Positions 1 through 11,148 are shown, numbered from the stretch's first letter. The stretch: DNA of 64,000 nucleotides from an uncultured Spirochaetota bacterium (GCA_963820525.1 CAWGAA010000003.1:192001-256000), one strand, 5' to 3'. Numbers and translations are program-made. Notes: generated by a model from the sequence alone, not told the origin.

Positions 1-116
1 AAGGGCTTGCTTCTCCCTCGTCAAGGAAGGACCACGGTCTCTGGAGATTCATCTCTAAAGTCGGCTGTGCGGGCAGCGCTCACATACCGGCCTCGGCCTC
101 ATGACGGGAGGTCCCT

Positions 117-1127
117 CTACGCGGCCCGCTCTCTCTTCAGCTGTCTGCGCTCCTGCAGGCTGCCGAGGGAGCCGGGAAGCAGAATCGCGAAGATCAGGAG
201 CACCCCTGAAAAGATGTTCTGCACATTGCCCGGCACGTTGATGAGGCCCATCCCGAAACGGAGAAAGCCCAAGAGGAAGATGCCGAGGATGACCCCGAAG
301 AAGTTCCCCTTTCCTCCCGTGATCGCCACGCCCCCCAGCACTACTGTCGTGATGACCTCCATCTCCCACCCGCTTGCGATGTTCGGCCGCGTGCTTCCGA
401 TGCGGGATGTGAGAAGGACCCCGGCCAGTCCCGACATGAGGCCCGTGAGACAGGAGACGGACAGGCGGATGCGCTCCACCGGAACGCCCGAAAACCTCGC
501 TGTGACCGCGTTGTTTCCTATCGCGTAGACCTTGCGGCCGAAGGTGGTGCGGTGGAGCAGGATCCCGAACAGGACGGCGAGCAGGACGAAAAGGACGAGC
601 TCGAAGGGGATGTGGGTGCCCGGGATGTAGCCCTGGCCGAAATACGAGAATGTCGGCGGATATCTGGTGAAAGCCTGGTCGCCCAACGCCGCGTAGGCGA
701 GTCCGCGGAAAAGGGATATCCCGCCGATGGTCACGGCGATCATGGGGATGCGGAAACGGGTGGCCAGGAGCCCATTGAGGGCCCCCGCGGCCAGACCCGT
801 GCCCAGCCCCGCCGCCACCAGAACGCCGGTTCCGGCGCCCACGGAGGAAAGCGCCCCCATGACGAGCGATGACAGCGCGACTATCCCGGCCACCGAGATG
901 TCGATGTCGCCGAGGATGATCCCCAGCGTCATGGGCAGTGCGATGAGCGCCTTCTCCGTGAAGTTGAAGGTGGTGTCCAGCAGGTTGGCAGGATCCAGGA
1001 AGTAGGGGGATGCGACGCTGTTGAAAACGATGACGGCCGCGAAGATGACGAGGAGGATCGCTTCCCAGCGGGAGAAAAACTCCCGAAGCCCGCTTCCGCC
1101 TTTCGCGGGTGTCGTCCTGCCCTCCAT
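117..1127 (-). CDS. rhaQ: Sugar (L-rhamnose-type) ABC transporter permease
   Basis: Hydrophobic BPD_transp_2 pattern (IDISVAG, GRKVYAIGNN, VVLGGVAITGGKG). True start is ATG 1127 (MEGRTT), overlapping the upstream stop. Confidence 0.85.
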   Translation of the reverse strand: MEGRTTPAKGGSGLREFFSRWEAILLVIFAAVIVFNSVASPYFLDPANLLDTTFNFTEKALIALPMTLGIILGDIDISVAGIVALSSLVMGALSSVGAGTGVLVAAGLGTGLAAGALNGLLATRFRIPMIAVTIGGISLFRGLAYAALGDQAFTRYPPTFSYFGQGYIPGTHIPFELVLFVLLAVLFGILLHRTTFGRKVYAIGNNAVTARFSGVPVERIRLSVSCLTGLMSGLAGVLLTSRIGSTRPNIASGWEMEVITTVVLGGVAITGGKGNFFGVILGIFLLGFLRFGMGLINVPGNVQNIFSGVLLIFAILLPGSLGSLQERRQLKRERAA

Positions 1128-2101
1128 CACAGCCTCCTGGTACGCAGCATCGCCGCCTGGTTCCTGCGGTCCACGACGGAGTTGGCGATTATGGCGGCAA
1201 GGATCACGAACCCCTGGATGGCCATCTGGTAGAAAGGCGAAAGCCCCACCACGGTGAGAGCGTTGTTCACGATCCCGAGGAACAGGGCCCCCAGGATCAC
1301 TCCACCGATGTTCCCCGTTCCGCCCAGGATGCTCACCCCGCCGATCATGCAGGCGGCTATCGTCTGAAGCTCGAAGCCGGAGGCGGTGTCGTTCTGGGCG
1401 GAGGCGTAGCGGGCCACCCAGAGGAGCCCCGAGAGGCCCACCAGGACGCCGCAGATGGCGTACACGAGGTAGTTGATTTTCCGCAGGCTGATGCCCACGT
1501 AGCGCGCGGCGGTCTTGTTTCCCCCGACTCCATAGATCTCGCGGCCCGTGCGCGTGAGGCGGATGAATACCGCGGAGACGATCGCCACCAGCACCGCCGC
1601 GGCAAGAAGGTTGGATATCCCGAGGGGTGTCTCGTGAGGCAGATCCCGGAAGCTCTCGCTCATCTTGTGGGCGCTCACCCATTGGCCGCCGCTCTCCAGA
1701 AAAACCAGCCCTCGGTAGATCCCCATGGTCCCCAGTGTCGTGATGATGGGCGGGATTCCCGCCACGGAAACCAGCAGGCCGTTGAGGGAGCCGAGAGCCA
1801 GGCCGATGGCCAGGGCCAGGCCGAGGATAACGGGGATCGGGATGCCGGGATGAAACCAGTTCAGCATCGCCACGCTCATGCCCGTGAAGGCGATACCCGA
1901 GGCTACGGAAAGGTCCGCGCCCCCCGTGATGATCACCATCATCTGGCCGATGGCCACGATGGCGAGGATCGCGGTGTCCGTGAGAATGTCGTTGGCGTTT
2001 TTCAGCGTGAGGAAGCCGGGAGCGCGGAGGCTCACCGCCGCGAGAATGGCGACGATGATCAGGACGAGGGTGATCTCCCGCCGCTTCAGGAGTCTATGCA
2101 T
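1127..2101 (-). CDS. rhaP: Sugar (L-rhamnose-type) ABC transporter permease
   Basis: GGADLSVAS, GREIYGVGGN and GFELQTIAACMIGG motifs; operon position. Confidence 0.85.
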   Translation of the reverse strand: MHRLLKRREITLVLIIVAILAAVSLRAPGFLTLKNANDILTDTAILAIVAIGQMMVIITGGADLSVASGIAFTGMSVAMLNWFHPGIPIPVILGLALAIGLALGSLNGLLVSVAGIPPIITTLGTMGIYRGLVFLESGGQWVSAHKMSESFRDLPHETPLGISNLLAAAVLVAIVSAVFIRLTRTGREIYGVGGNKTAARYVGISLRKINYLVYAICGVLVGLSGLLWVARYASAQNDTASGFELQTIAACMIGGVSILGGTGNIGGVILGALFLGIVNNALTVVGLSPFYQMAIQGFVILAAIIANSVVDRRNQAAMLRTRRL

Positions 2102-3623
2102 CTCGATCCCCCTCTCGATCGCTTTTGTGTCCCATGGCCGCCCGGATGAGCTTCTCCTGGTCAGACCCTTTTCCGGGCAGCGTGGCCGTCACCCTGCCCT
2201 CGTGCATGATCACGATGCGGTCGGCCATGCCGAGGATCTCGGGCATCTCCGATGATACCAGGACAATCCCCAGCCCTTCCCTGGCCAGCTGGGAGATGAA
2301 CTCGTGGACGCGCGCTTTGGTGGCGACGTCGATCCCTTTGGTGGGCTCGTCGAGGATGAGGATCTTCGGCCGGGTGGCCAGCCATTTGGCCAGAACGACC
2401 TTCTGCTGATTGCCGCCGGAGAGGCTGTTGGCTGCCTGCTCCCAGCTTCCGGCCTTGATCTCCATGCGGCCGCCGTACTCGTCGGTGACCGCTTTCTCCC
2501 GCGCGGTGTTGAGAAGCGAGCGGGAGGCGAGCTTGTCCACGATGGGAAGCGTGACGTTCTCCCTGATGTTCATGGCGAGGATGGTTCCCTGAAGCTGGCG
2601 GTCCTCGGGCACGTAGGCGATGCCCTTCTCAATGGCCGCTACGGCGCTGGAGATCCGCGCGGGGCTGCCCTCCACCATGATCATTCCGGCGTCCGCCGCC
2701 TCGATTCCGAAGACGGCGCGCATGACCTCGGACCTCCCCGAGCCGATCAGGCCGAAGAAGCCCAGGATCTCTCCCCGGCGCAGGCTGAAGGAGACGTCCT
2801 TGAACACCCCCGCGCGAGAGAGACCGCGCACTTCCAGGAGCGTCTCCCCGGGCTCGACGGGGATCTTGGGGAACATCTGGGTGAGGGAGCGCCCGATCAT
2901 CATCCGTATGATCTCGTCCATCTTCGTCTCGGAAACCACGCCCGTTCCGGCAAGCTTTCCGTCGCGCAGCACGGTGAAGCGGTCCGCGATCTCGTAGATG
3001 TCCTCGAACTTGTGTGAGATGAAAACGATCGCGCGTCCGGCCGCCTTCAGGCGCCGGATGATCTTGTACAGGTCATCGACCTCCCTCAGGGAAAGCGCGG
3101 AGGTCGGCTCGTCCATGATGACGATGCGGGCATCCTGGGAGAGCGCCTTCACGATTTCCACCATGTGGCGCTGCGCCACGCTCAGGCTCTTCATTGGCGC
3201 GTCGGGATCGATTGCCAGCTCCAGCTCTTCCAGCAGCTCGCGCGTCCTCCTGCGCATCAGCGCCCAGCTCAGGAGCGGAATACCGTGCATGCGCCTGTGG
3301 TGGCCCATGTAGATGTTTTCCGCTACGGAAAGGTCGGGGAATATCGTCGCCTCCTGGTGGATCGCGGCGATTCCGGCGGTCTGTGCGGCCACAGGGGAAT
3401 GGAACTCGACGCCCCGCCCCTCAAGGATTATCTCTCCGGCGTCGGGGCGGTAGATGCCGGTGAGGATCTTCACGAGCGTGGACTTGCCCGCTCCGTTCTC
3501 TCCGATCAGGGCCTGCACTTCGCCCGCGCGCACGCCGAAGTCCACCTCGTCGAGGGCCTTGATGCCGGGGAAGAATTTGCTCACCTTGCGGCATTCAACA
3601 ATGCTTTCCGCCACAGCCTGCAC
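2094..3623 (-). CDS. rhaT: Sugar ABC transporter ATP-binding protein (tandem NBDs)
   Basis: GENGAGKST, MDEPT, LSGGNQQKV, LDEPTKGIDV. Confidence 0.9.
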   Translation of the reverse strand: MQAVAESIVECRKVSKFFPGIKALDEVDFGVRAGEVQALIGENGAGKSTLVKILTGIYRPDAGEIILEGRGVEFHSPVAAQTAGIAAIHQEATIFPDLSVAENIYMGHHRRMHGIPLLSWALMRRRTRELLEELELAIDPDAPMKSLSVAQRHMVEIVKALSQDARIVIMDEPTSALSLREVDDLYKIIRRLKAAGRAIVFISHKFEDIYEIADRFTVLRDGKLAGTGVVSETKMDEIIRMMIGRSLTQMFPKIPVEPGETLLEVRGLSRAGVFKDVSFSLRRGEILGFFGLIGSGRSEVMRAVFGIEAADAGMIMVEGSPARISSAVAAIEKGIAYVPEDRQLQGTILAMNIRENVTLPIVDKLASRSLLNTAREKAVTDEYGGRMEIKAGSWEQAANSLSGGNQQKVVLAKWLATRPKILILDEPTKGIDVATKARVHEFISQLAREGLGIVLVSSEMPEILGMADRIVIMHEGRVTATLPGKGSDQEKLIRAAMGHKSDREGDRDA

Positions 3624-3638
3624 TCCCGCCTTTTAGAA

Positions 3639-3725
3639 AGGGCGGCGGCGACAAGGATGTCGCCAAAGCCGCCCCCAAGCACGGGCCGAGGGCGGCGGGC
3701 AACAGGGATGCTGCAAACGCCGCTC
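3639..3725. repeat. Intergenic palindromic repeat related to the in-frame repeats in amrA and valS
   Basis: AGGGCGGC...GCCGCCCCCAAGC outer stem with an inner GGCGAC/GTCGCC hairpin; second AGGGCGGC 50 nt later. Confidence 0.55.
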
Positions 3726-3762
3726 CACCCGGCGAATCAGTACGTCGTAAGTCCCGCCGCGC

Positions 3763-4776
3763 CTAGTAGATCGCGGCGAACTTGTCGATATTGCTCTTGT
3801 CGAACACGTAGGGCTCGCTCATGACGGCCACCAGGCCGGAGCCGATCGTGATCGTGCCCATGCGGCCCACCTTCATGGCCTCGGCCGCGGTGCCCTTGAT
3901 CTGCCCGCGCACGATCTGGGCGGCGATATAGGTGGCCGAGTAGCCCAGGTCGATCGGGTTCCACAGAGACATCTTCAGGCAGGTCCCGTCTTTAATATAC
4001 TGCTTCATCTCCGAAGGCAGTCCGAGCCCGGTGAGCTGGATCTTTCCCTGGAGCCCCGCGTCCTCGATGGCCTTGCCGCCGGCGGCGATGCCGACGGTTG
4101 TGGGCGCGATGATCCCCTTGAGGTTGGGGTAGGACTTGAACAGCCCCATCGCTTCCCTGTAGCTCTTGTCGGAGAGGTCGTCGCCGTACACCACGGCATC
4201 GAGCTTGATATTGGGGTGATTGACAAGCTCCTTCTTCATCCACTCGATCCACGCGTTCTGGTTCGTGGCCTGGGAGGATGCGCTCAGGATCGCGATCTCA
4301 CCCGAGTCGCCGATGAGGTCGGCGACCATCTTCACCTGGCTCCTGCCAATGAACTCGTCTCCCGAGGGCGCGAGGTGCAGGATGCGGCCGGCCGGCGCGA
4401 TCCCCGAGTCGAATGAGATGACCTTGATGCCCGCAGCCATCGCCTTCTTGCAGATCGGCACCAGGGCGTCCACGTCGTTTGCGGAGATGGCCAAGGCGTC
4501 CACCTTCTGTGCGATCAGGGAATCGATGATCTCGATCTGGCCCTCGGCCGTCGGCGTGCTCGGCCCCTGGAAAATGAGCTCGACGCCGCCCAGCTCCTTT
4601 GCCGCCTCCTGCCCGCCGTCGCGGCAGGCCTCGAAGAAGGAGTTTCCGAGGTTCTTCACGATCATTGCGACCCTGATGTTTCCCTTCTTTGCTTCCGTGG
4701 CGCCGCCCGCGAACACGAGCCCCGCGGAGACCAGGAGAGCGATCAGGCAGAGAACGAAAACCTTGCTCTTCTTCAT
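3763..4776 (-). CDS. rhaS: Rhamnose ABC transporter substrate-binding protein
   Basis: Signal peptide; KNLGNSFF, TAEGQIEII, YGDDLSDKSYREA, GLGLPSEM and WNPIDLGY match RhaS-family proteins. Confidence 0.85.
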   Translation of the reverse strand: MKKSKVFVLCLIALLVSAGLVFAGGATEAKKGNIRVAMIVKNLGNSFFEACRDGGQEAAKELGGVELIFQGPSTPTAEGQIEIIDSLIAQKVDALAISANDVDALVPICKKAMAAGIKVISFDSGIAPAGRILHLAPSGDEFIGRSQVKMVADLIGDSGEIAILSASSQATNQNAWIEWMKKELVNHPNIKLDAVVYGDDLSDKSYREAMGLFKSYPNLKGIIAPTTVGIAAGGKAIEDAGLQGKIQLTGLGLPSEMKQYIKDGTCLKMSLWNPIDLGYSATYIAAQIVRGQIKGTAAEAMKVGRMGTITIGSGLVAVMSEPYVFDKSNIDKFAAIY

Positions 4777-4858
4777 CGATCTACCTCCTCTTGATACATG
4801 GGTAACGATATTGCCGCAATGGTATCACGCGGGATCGGGCGGGCCCCATGCCACAATT

Positions 4859-6388
4859 CTACGTTTCCTGGGCGTTTTTCTCCGGTTGGGGGTCATCCGG
4901 CGGCGCTGAGGAGCCATGGCGGATCTCAGAGGGGTAGCGGCCGAAGTGCTTCAGGAACAGCCTGCTGAAGTGGCGAACGCTGGAGTAGCCCACGGCGCGC
5001 GCCGCATCCTGAACTTGAATCCCGCCGGACAGAAGGTCCCGAGCCTTCTCCATGCGCAGGCGCGTCACGTACCTGACGAAGGTCTCCCCGTGCACGCTGT
5101 GGAACAGGGTGCTGAGGTAGTTTGGGGTGACTCCGAGGCGATATGCGATCTGTGCGACGCCCACATCGTTCATATAGTTGGAGCCGATGAAGGAGAGAGC
5201 CTGGTCGACGAGGCCGGCGGGCCCGTCGCCGCGTTCGAATGCCTGGATCGTCTCTCCCTGGGATTCAAGCGAACGAATCCAGCCATCCTCTTGGGGCGAT
5301 GACGGCGGCTGGACTCCAACGGAGAATCGCAGGAAGCGCTCGATGTTCTGAATGACAGGATCGCCATGGGAGAGCGGGGCAAGTCCTTCGAAGGTCTTCC
5401 GAGCCCGTTGGACCGCGGCAAGGAACTCAAGCCGATTGCTCTGCCGCCAGGCCAGGACCACCTCATTGATGCTTCGGCACAATGGGGCGAGCCGACGCTC
5501 GGCGTCTTCGGCATCGGCGAGGAGAATCAGCCGCCCGATCCCGAGCGCGGCCCGAAGAGGGGCAAGCCGATCTGCCGCGGCGAGCTCTCCCGGGAGCTCC
5601 GCAAAGGAGGCGCACGGGCGGCCTGCCATGACGGTGACGCGAAGCGCTTCACCGCCCGCCGAATCGAGAACGACCTGAAGCGTCTTCAAGAGGCCGCGTA
5701 CGGCCTCCCGGGCCGCGGCTTCCTCCGCGTCGGGCTGCCAGGCGCCAACCAGGGCGAGATGACCCTCGGGCAGCGTGCACAGGGCGATGCGCAATCGCGA
5801 GTCGACGGTGGAGATGATGCGGGACCTGATTTCGCGGCAGGCGGTAAGCTGCCGATCCGCCAGCGCCCTCTCCTCCAGGGCGCCGTCAAACAGAACAAGG
5901 GCGCCTTGAAACCGCGCGTCGGAGATGAACTCACGCTGCTCCTGCGAGAGGGAGAGGGTGTTGTGGAGGAGCGAATTGAGGCGGCTCTCGAACTCGTCAT
6001 TGGCGCGCAGGAGGTCCCGCCTCCGCTCGCCCTCCATCTTTCCGATCACCCGCCGCAGGTCCTCGGGGCTGACGGGCTTCAGCAGGTATTCCGCGGCGCC
6101 TAGCTCCAGCGCCCGCTTCGCGTAGTCGAAGGAGGAGTGGCTGGTAAGGATGATCCAACACGTGCCCGGAGACACGAGGCGGCCGCGCTCGATCCCGGCC
6201 AGTCCGTCCATTCGGGGCATGCGGATATCGACGAAGGCGATGTCGGGGGCCAGGCGGGCGGCCATCTGGAGCATCTCTTCGCCGTCGGAGGCGGCGCTGA
6301 TGGAGCGGGCGGGAACGCCGATCTCCTCCAGCATGCTCTTCAGGCCGTAGCGAACGAGCCGCTCGTCATCCGCAATCAGCACCTTCAC
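4859..6388 (-). CDS. Response regulator with receiver domain and AraC HTH (YesN-like)
   Basis: ADDE...DIRMPRMDG receiver; C-terminal NYLSTLF...GYSSVRHFSRLF AraC HTH. Confidence 0.9.
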   Translation of the reverse strand: MKVLIADDERLVRYGLKSMLEEIGVPARSISAASDGEEMLQMAARLAPDIAFVDIRMPRMDGLAGIERGRLVSPGTCWIILTSHSSFDYAKRALELGAAEYLLKPVSPEDLRRVIGKMEGERRRDLLRANDEFESRLNSLLHNTLSLSQEQREFISDARFQGALVLFDGALEERALADRQLTACREIRSRIISTVDSRLRIALCTLPEGHLALVGAWQPDAEEAAAREAVRGLLKTLQVVLDSAGGEALRVTVMAGRPCASFAELPGELAAADRLAPLRAALGIGRLILLADAEDAERRLAPLCRSINEVVLAWRQSNRLEFLAAVQRARKTFEGLAPLSHGDPVIQNIERFLRFSVGVQPPSSPQEDGWIRSLESQGETIQAFERGDGPAGLVDQALSFIGSNYMNDVGVAQIAYRLGVTPNYLSTLFHSVHGETFVRYVTRLRMEKARDLLSGGIQVQDAARAVGYSSVRHFSRLFLKHFGRYPSEIRHGSSAPPDDPQPEKNAQET

Positions 6389-8351
6389 GCCTGCCCCCCT
6401 CCGATGGGGATCTCCATCGAAACCCTGGTTCCCTGCCCCGGCGCTCCCGTCACCTCCAGACGCGCGCCGGGATAGGCCGTGAGCAGCCGCTCCCGCACAT
6501 TGGCCAATCCTATCCCCCGATCCTCGCCCTGCCCGTCCGTCGAAATCCCGATCCCGTCATCGACAACGGAGATGCCCAGCGTTGTCGAGCCGTTGCTGCG
6601 GATGACATGCGCTTCCACGGTGAGCTTGCCCGGCCGGTCGAGCGGCTCGATGCCGTGGATGACCGCGTTCTCCACCAGGGGCTGGAGGATCAGCTTGGGG
6701 ATGCGGAAGGGCGCCGCCTGCGGATCGAGGAGGCACTCCGCGCTCAGCCGCTCGGCGAAGCGCATCCCCTGAAGCTCCAGATACCGCTCCAGAAAGCGGA
6801 ACTCCTCTCCAATGGTCGTCCAGTTTCCCGCGTCCAGGATGTAGCGCAGCATGTCCTTCAGCGAGAGGATGGCCTTCTCCAGGCTCTGTGCATCGCCCAT
6901 CCGGTTGAGGCCGATCAGCCCATTCAGCACGTTGTAGAGGAAGTGGGGCTGGATCTGAGACTGAAGTGCCCGGTATTCCGCCTCCCTCTTGGTCAGCAGC
7001 TCCCGGTACTTGTAGTAGTTGTCGATGATGAGGCCGGCATGTTCCGCGAAAGTGCGGAAGTTGGTGTAGTCCAGGTCCGTGAGCGGCGGCTCGTTCTCCC
7101 CCGTGACGATGCAGAGCATGCCCACCATCCCCTGCGACACGCACAGCGGAAGGGCGAGGAAGGAGCCGACCGTCCCGGCCGCGTCCAGGGAGCGTGCCTC
7201 GCGCACGAACACCGTTTCCTTTCGTTCAAAGATTTCGTGGAGGACGATCGCTTTTGCCGGCGAGGCGGCAGCAGCCGGCGCGCGGCCCGCGATGGGAACC
7301 GGCTCGCCCGCGGGATACGGAAACGCGCCGGCGGAACGCGCAACGGCCGGCCTGCCCTCGGGGTCCGCCGCGATGACGGCGGCGCCTCCCGCGTGAGAAT
7401 CCTTCACCGCCGCTTCCACGATGAGCTCCAGGATCCTCTCGAAGCTCGGCCTGTCCGTGATGCTCTGCCCCACATCCCTCATGAGGCTCTGGATGGAATC
7501 GACGTTCCTCTTGAGGTCCGTCATGAAGAGGTTGAAGCTCGCCGCCAGCGCGCCCAGCTCGTCGGTGGAGCGCACGTCCAGGCGCGCCGTGAAATCCCCG
7601 TGGGAGACCCTGCGAAATCCCTCCTCGACGATCTTGATCCTGAGGGAGATCCTGCGGGCAAAGCCGATGGAGAGCGTGACGGTGGCAGTGCCGATGACGG
7701 CGGTGAGGGTCCAGAAGAGGATCAATATCTGCCGGCGGATCAGGTCGCTCTCCTGTCGGAGCGAACTGATGAAATGGGAGAGGAAGCTCTCGAAGCTGTA
7801 GGTGAGGTAGTAGGACGTCTCGCGCGCCTCGTCGAAGAAGAGGGGGATCGACGGGTCTCCCTCGGTCTGAAGCTGGTGGTAGAGGCTCCCCTCGCCGCCG
7901 ACTCCGGCTTCAAAGAGACTGTCGATTTTACGCTGGAAAGAGTCGATGCGCTTGGAGGCTTTGGAGATCATTGTTCCTGCAATCTGATAGGCGTCCCGGA
8001 AGCTCCGTCTCCCGGAGCAGCGCCTTGACCCGGGGCGATTCCATAAAACGGGAGGTGGCGCTTTCGAACTCCACCATCGCGGCGCGGAAGTCGTTTCGCG
8101 TGGTTTGGGAACGAGGGGTATGCAGCACGTCCTTGAGCAGCAGGTAGGTCTGCGGCGTGAAGAGATCGAACAGGAGGTCACTTCATCAATCCGTGGAGCC
8201 TGCTCGCGGATGCGATGAGCTGGGATCCGCTTTCGATCGTGTCGCGCAGGCGCGCCGTCTCGCGCATTGTCCAGATGGAAAGGCCCATGATAAGAAGCGC
8301 GCCCAGGAATACAACTCCGGTCAGGATGGAAATCTTGGACCTGAGCCTCAT
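6385..8351 (-). CDS. YesM/LytS-type sensor histidine kinase (TM, HAMP, GAF, His_kinase, HATPase), with two +1 frameshifts near 8180 and 7997
   Basis: ATG 8351 gives MRLRSKISILTGVVFLG (TM). The product continues across three frames. QSQIQPHFLYNVLN and QPLVENAVIHG present. 1967 nt minus 2 is a multiple of 3. Confidence 0.8.
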
Positions 8352-8457
8352 GGAAGTGAGTATAGCAGATCACGCCAAGCCGGTCAGAGCGGGCGGCCGG
8401 CTGGAGCTCCATTGCTCGGGCCCGGTTGCGGCGAACACGCTGCGGAACGTCGGGCGT

Positions 8458-9348
8458 TCAGCGCCCCTTCATGATCCAGGAGAGAGTCTTGTAGAGCAGC
8501 TTCGCTGCGGCGAACTCGGCCATGTGGAGCCCCGGCCGCGGGGCAAGCTCCACGCAATCGAGGGCAACCACGGTCGCGGAGCGCGCCACGGCCCGAAGGA
8601 TCAGGCACGCCTCGGCCCAGGAAAGCCCGTCCGGCTCAGGAGTGCCCGTGGCCGGGATTACTGAAGGATCGAGGCCATCCACGTCTATAGTGAGGTAAAC
8701 TTTCTTCCCTTTGACTGCGCGAGCAATCTCGCCTTCGAGGCGCGTGGGTTTCATGCCGTGGATTGCCTCCGCCGAAAACAGGGAAACCCGGCGAGGGTTC
8801 TCCTTGATGAAAGCAGCCTCTTCGAGGGAATACGAGCGAATGCCGATCTGGACCGCGCGCTCAACGTTCTCTTCCAGCACCCGCCTCATGGCGCATGCAT
8901 GGCTGTAGCCCGTCCCGGAGTAGCTTTCCCGAAGATCGGCATGAGCGTCGAGCTGCACGACCACCAGGGGCTCCGACAGCGTGCGCCCGACTCCGCGCAC
9001 CACGGCGGGCGTTATGCTGTGCTCGCCTCCCAGGACCAGGAGGAGCTTTCCCGCGCGAGCAACGGCTTCCGCGGCGTCCGAGATACGGCACATCATTGCC
9101 TGGGCATCCGGATCCTGTGAAAGCTCGGGGAGGGTGTGCACGCCGTATCCCAGGGCAGGCTCGCCGCCGAGCTCGGCGTCGAAGAGCTCGACCTGCTGGG
9201 ACGCTTCGATTATGGCCCGCGGTCCGAGTCGCGTGCCGCCCTCATAGCTCACCGTGGCCTCATAGGGGATGGGAAGCACGTGGACCCTCGACCCTTCCGG
9301 CGCGCTCATCTGCGGCGGCAGGCCGAGAAAACCGTCGATCTGGGACAT
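8458..9348 (-). CDS. speB: Agmatinase (ureohydrolase)
   Basis: GGEHS, DAHAD, DVDGLDPS and GTPEPDG motifs. Confidence 0.9.
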   Translation of the reverse strand: MSQIDGFLGLPPQMSAPEGSRVHVLPIPYEATVSYEGGTRLGPRAIIEASQQVELFDAELGGEPALGYGVHTLPELSQDPDAQAMMCRISDAAEAVARAGKLLLVLGGEHSITPAVVRGVGRTLSEPLVVVQLDAHADLRESYSGTGYSHACAMRRVLEENVERAVQIGIRSYSLEEAAFIKENPRRVSLFSAEAIHGMKPTRLEGEIARAVKGKKVYLTIDVDGLDPSVIPATGTPEPDGLSWAEACLILRAVARSATVVALDCVELAPRPGLHMAEFAAAKLLYKTLSWIMKGR

Positions 9349-10424
9349 CAGCCCTTTTTCTTCCTTTTAAAATCCTTTGCGAGCCTGTCGACCAGCCCCG
9401 CGCGCTGGTCGTAGAGGCGTTTCAAAGCCCTGGGCTTGCGCGTCGTCAAGGCGTAGGAAACCAGGATGGGAAGGGCGATTGTCGTGTCCGTGTAGCAGAC
9501 AACGGTATCGGGAAGCTGGTCGGGGTCCACCTTGCCCCACGTGACCGCCTCCTGGGAGGTGGCGCCGGAAAGCCCCCCCGTGTCCGCCCGGGCATCCGTG
9601 ATCTGCACGAAGTAGTCGTGCCCTTTTTCCTCCAGGCCGTAGATTTCCTGTATCTGGGGCTCGGTCTGGAGGGCGAAGTTCTTGGGGCTGCCACCGCCCA
9701 GGATCACGACACCGCTTTTTCCGCCGGAGCGCTTGGCCCCGTACACGATGGAGGCGGTCTCATTCACATCCAGCTCGGGATCGAAGCCGACGGCCAGGCC
9801 CTGGAGGCGCAGGGCGGCCACGCCCATGCCGAGGCTCGAATCCCCCGGGCTCGACGTGTAGATGGGGACCCCGGCCTCGAACGCGGCGCCCAGGAGCGAG
9901 CGGTAGGTGGAGCCGAGGATCTTCTCCCGCTCGCGCACGTACTTTCCGAGGTTGTAGTGCAGCTCCGCGGTTCCCATGCGCTTCTGGAACTCCTTGGAGG
10001 CGAGCACCTCGCCGATGAAGGCGTCCGTCTTGTAGAGCACGTCCGCGTCGAAGACGATGTCGTAGATCCTGATCACGTGATCGCGGCGCAGGGCAACGTC
10101 GTCCACGTTGGGGGACACGCCATAGAGCGAGAAGCCCAGGGAGCGGTGAAGGTCGTGGTAGAGGTTGGCGCCCGTGGAGACGATCCAGTCCACGAAACCC
10201 GCTTCCACCAGCGGCACGAACGCCGCGGTGCCGAGGCCGGCGGGCGTCAGGGCGCCGCTGATGGTGAGGCCGACGGTGACGTCGGGCTCCAGCATCTTTT
10301 TGGCGAAGATGTGGCAGGCCTCGCGCAGACGCGCCGCGTTGTAAGCGAGGAAGAACTCGTCGACGAGGTCCGTGATGCCGAGGTTTCCCGTGATGGGCTT
10401 GGGATCAAGCTTGCGCCCGTGCAT
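9348..10424 (-). CDS. Deoxyhypusine synthase-like protein (probable homospermidine-pathway SpeY type)
   Basis: [40 protein letters not shown]. Likely start ATG 10424, coupled to the upstream stop. Confidence 0.88.
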   Translation of the reverse strand: MHGRKLDPKPITGNLGITDLVDEFFLAYNAARLREACHIFAKKMLEPDVTVGLTISGALTPAGLGTAAFVPLVEAGFVDWIVSTGANLYHDLHRSLGFSLYGVSPNVDDVALRRDHVIRIYDIVFDADVLYKTDAFIGEVLASKEFQKRMGTAELHYNLGKYVREREKILGSTYRSLLGAAFEAGVPIYTSSPGDSSLGMGVAALRLQGLAVGFDPELDVNETASIVYGAKRSGGKSGVVILGGGSPKNFALQTEPQIQEIYGLEEKGHDYFVQITDARADTGGLSGATSQEAVTWGKVDPDQLPDTVVCYTDTTIALPILVSYALTTRKPRALKRLYDQRAGLVDRLAKDFKRKKKG

Positions 10425-10969
10425 TACAAGAGGACCGCGGCGGAGACCACGGTGGTCCACGCCCCTCCCGAGGCGCCCTCCGCGGTCTGGACGATGCTGG
10501 TGCTGTCGACGATGTGGCCGCCCATGCGATACTGCTCGCGCCGCTCGTTGTAGTCCTTGTCAAGGTCGAAGGGCACGCCGAGCAGGGTTGCCAGCATGGA
10601 GGCGGCGAGGTCCTCCGCGTAGTCCCCCGCTTCCTTCTCGGTCTGGCCGTAGGAGTGATGCTCCGATAGATATCCGTACATTTGCAAATCGGCCGGGATC
10701 GCGATGCCGATGGAGGCGGCGATGCGCCGGCCCGGCTCGTTGGTGGCCATCTCGGCGAGCACGACGAAGGTGACCTCGCCCGCTTCCAGGGCCGCCAGGC
10801 CTTCCTCGGGGCTCACGATCTTGCATCCCGGCGGAAATATCGAAGAGACTCGCACGATATTGAGGTGCGCGATGCCGGCATTCCTCAGCGCCATCTCGAA
10901 GCTGTTCAGTTTTTCCTTGCTTATTCCGACCCCGCGGGTCAGGAAGAGCTTCCGGGGAACGAATCTCAC
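10424..10969 (-). CDS. pdaD: Pyruvoyl-dependent arginine decarboxylase
   Basis: [24 protein letters not shown] (Ser-Ser autocleavage site), GYLSEHH. GTG start at 10969 with a purine-rich SD. Confidence 0.9.
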   Translation of the reverse strand: MRFVPRKLFLTRGVGISKEKLNSFEMALRNAGIAHLNIVRVSSIFPPGCKIVSPEEGLAALEAGEVTFVVLAEMATNEPGRRIAASIGIAIPADLQMYGYLSEHHSYGQTEKEAGDYAEDLAASMLATLLGVPFDLDKDYNERREQYRMGGHIVDSTSIVQTAEGASGGAWTTVVSAAVLL

Positions 10970-11148
10970 TGCCTTCTCTCCTCTCGACTCTGCACTGGGA
11001 ATGCGCGCCGACGCCGCGCCGTCAACCTCCGAACAGTAGATCGGAATGCGACACCTCGTCAAGGATTACGGTATCACGATCGCCGGCTCAAAGCGCGCGC
11101 AAGCCGCAACCCTTGCAAACGGGTTTCCGATCCGCGATACTTTATGGC

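Noticed and set aside
1128..1682. N-terminal extension of the 521-aa permease ORF
   Set aside because: Overlaps rhaP in another frame; the real start is 1127.
8895..10553. Long antisense or alternate-frame ORFs (552 aa here; also 6607-8028, 51411-52835, 56391-57479, 60814-61977, 62905-63915)
   Set aside because: Shadows of well-supported genes in high-GC DNA, with no recognisable motifs.
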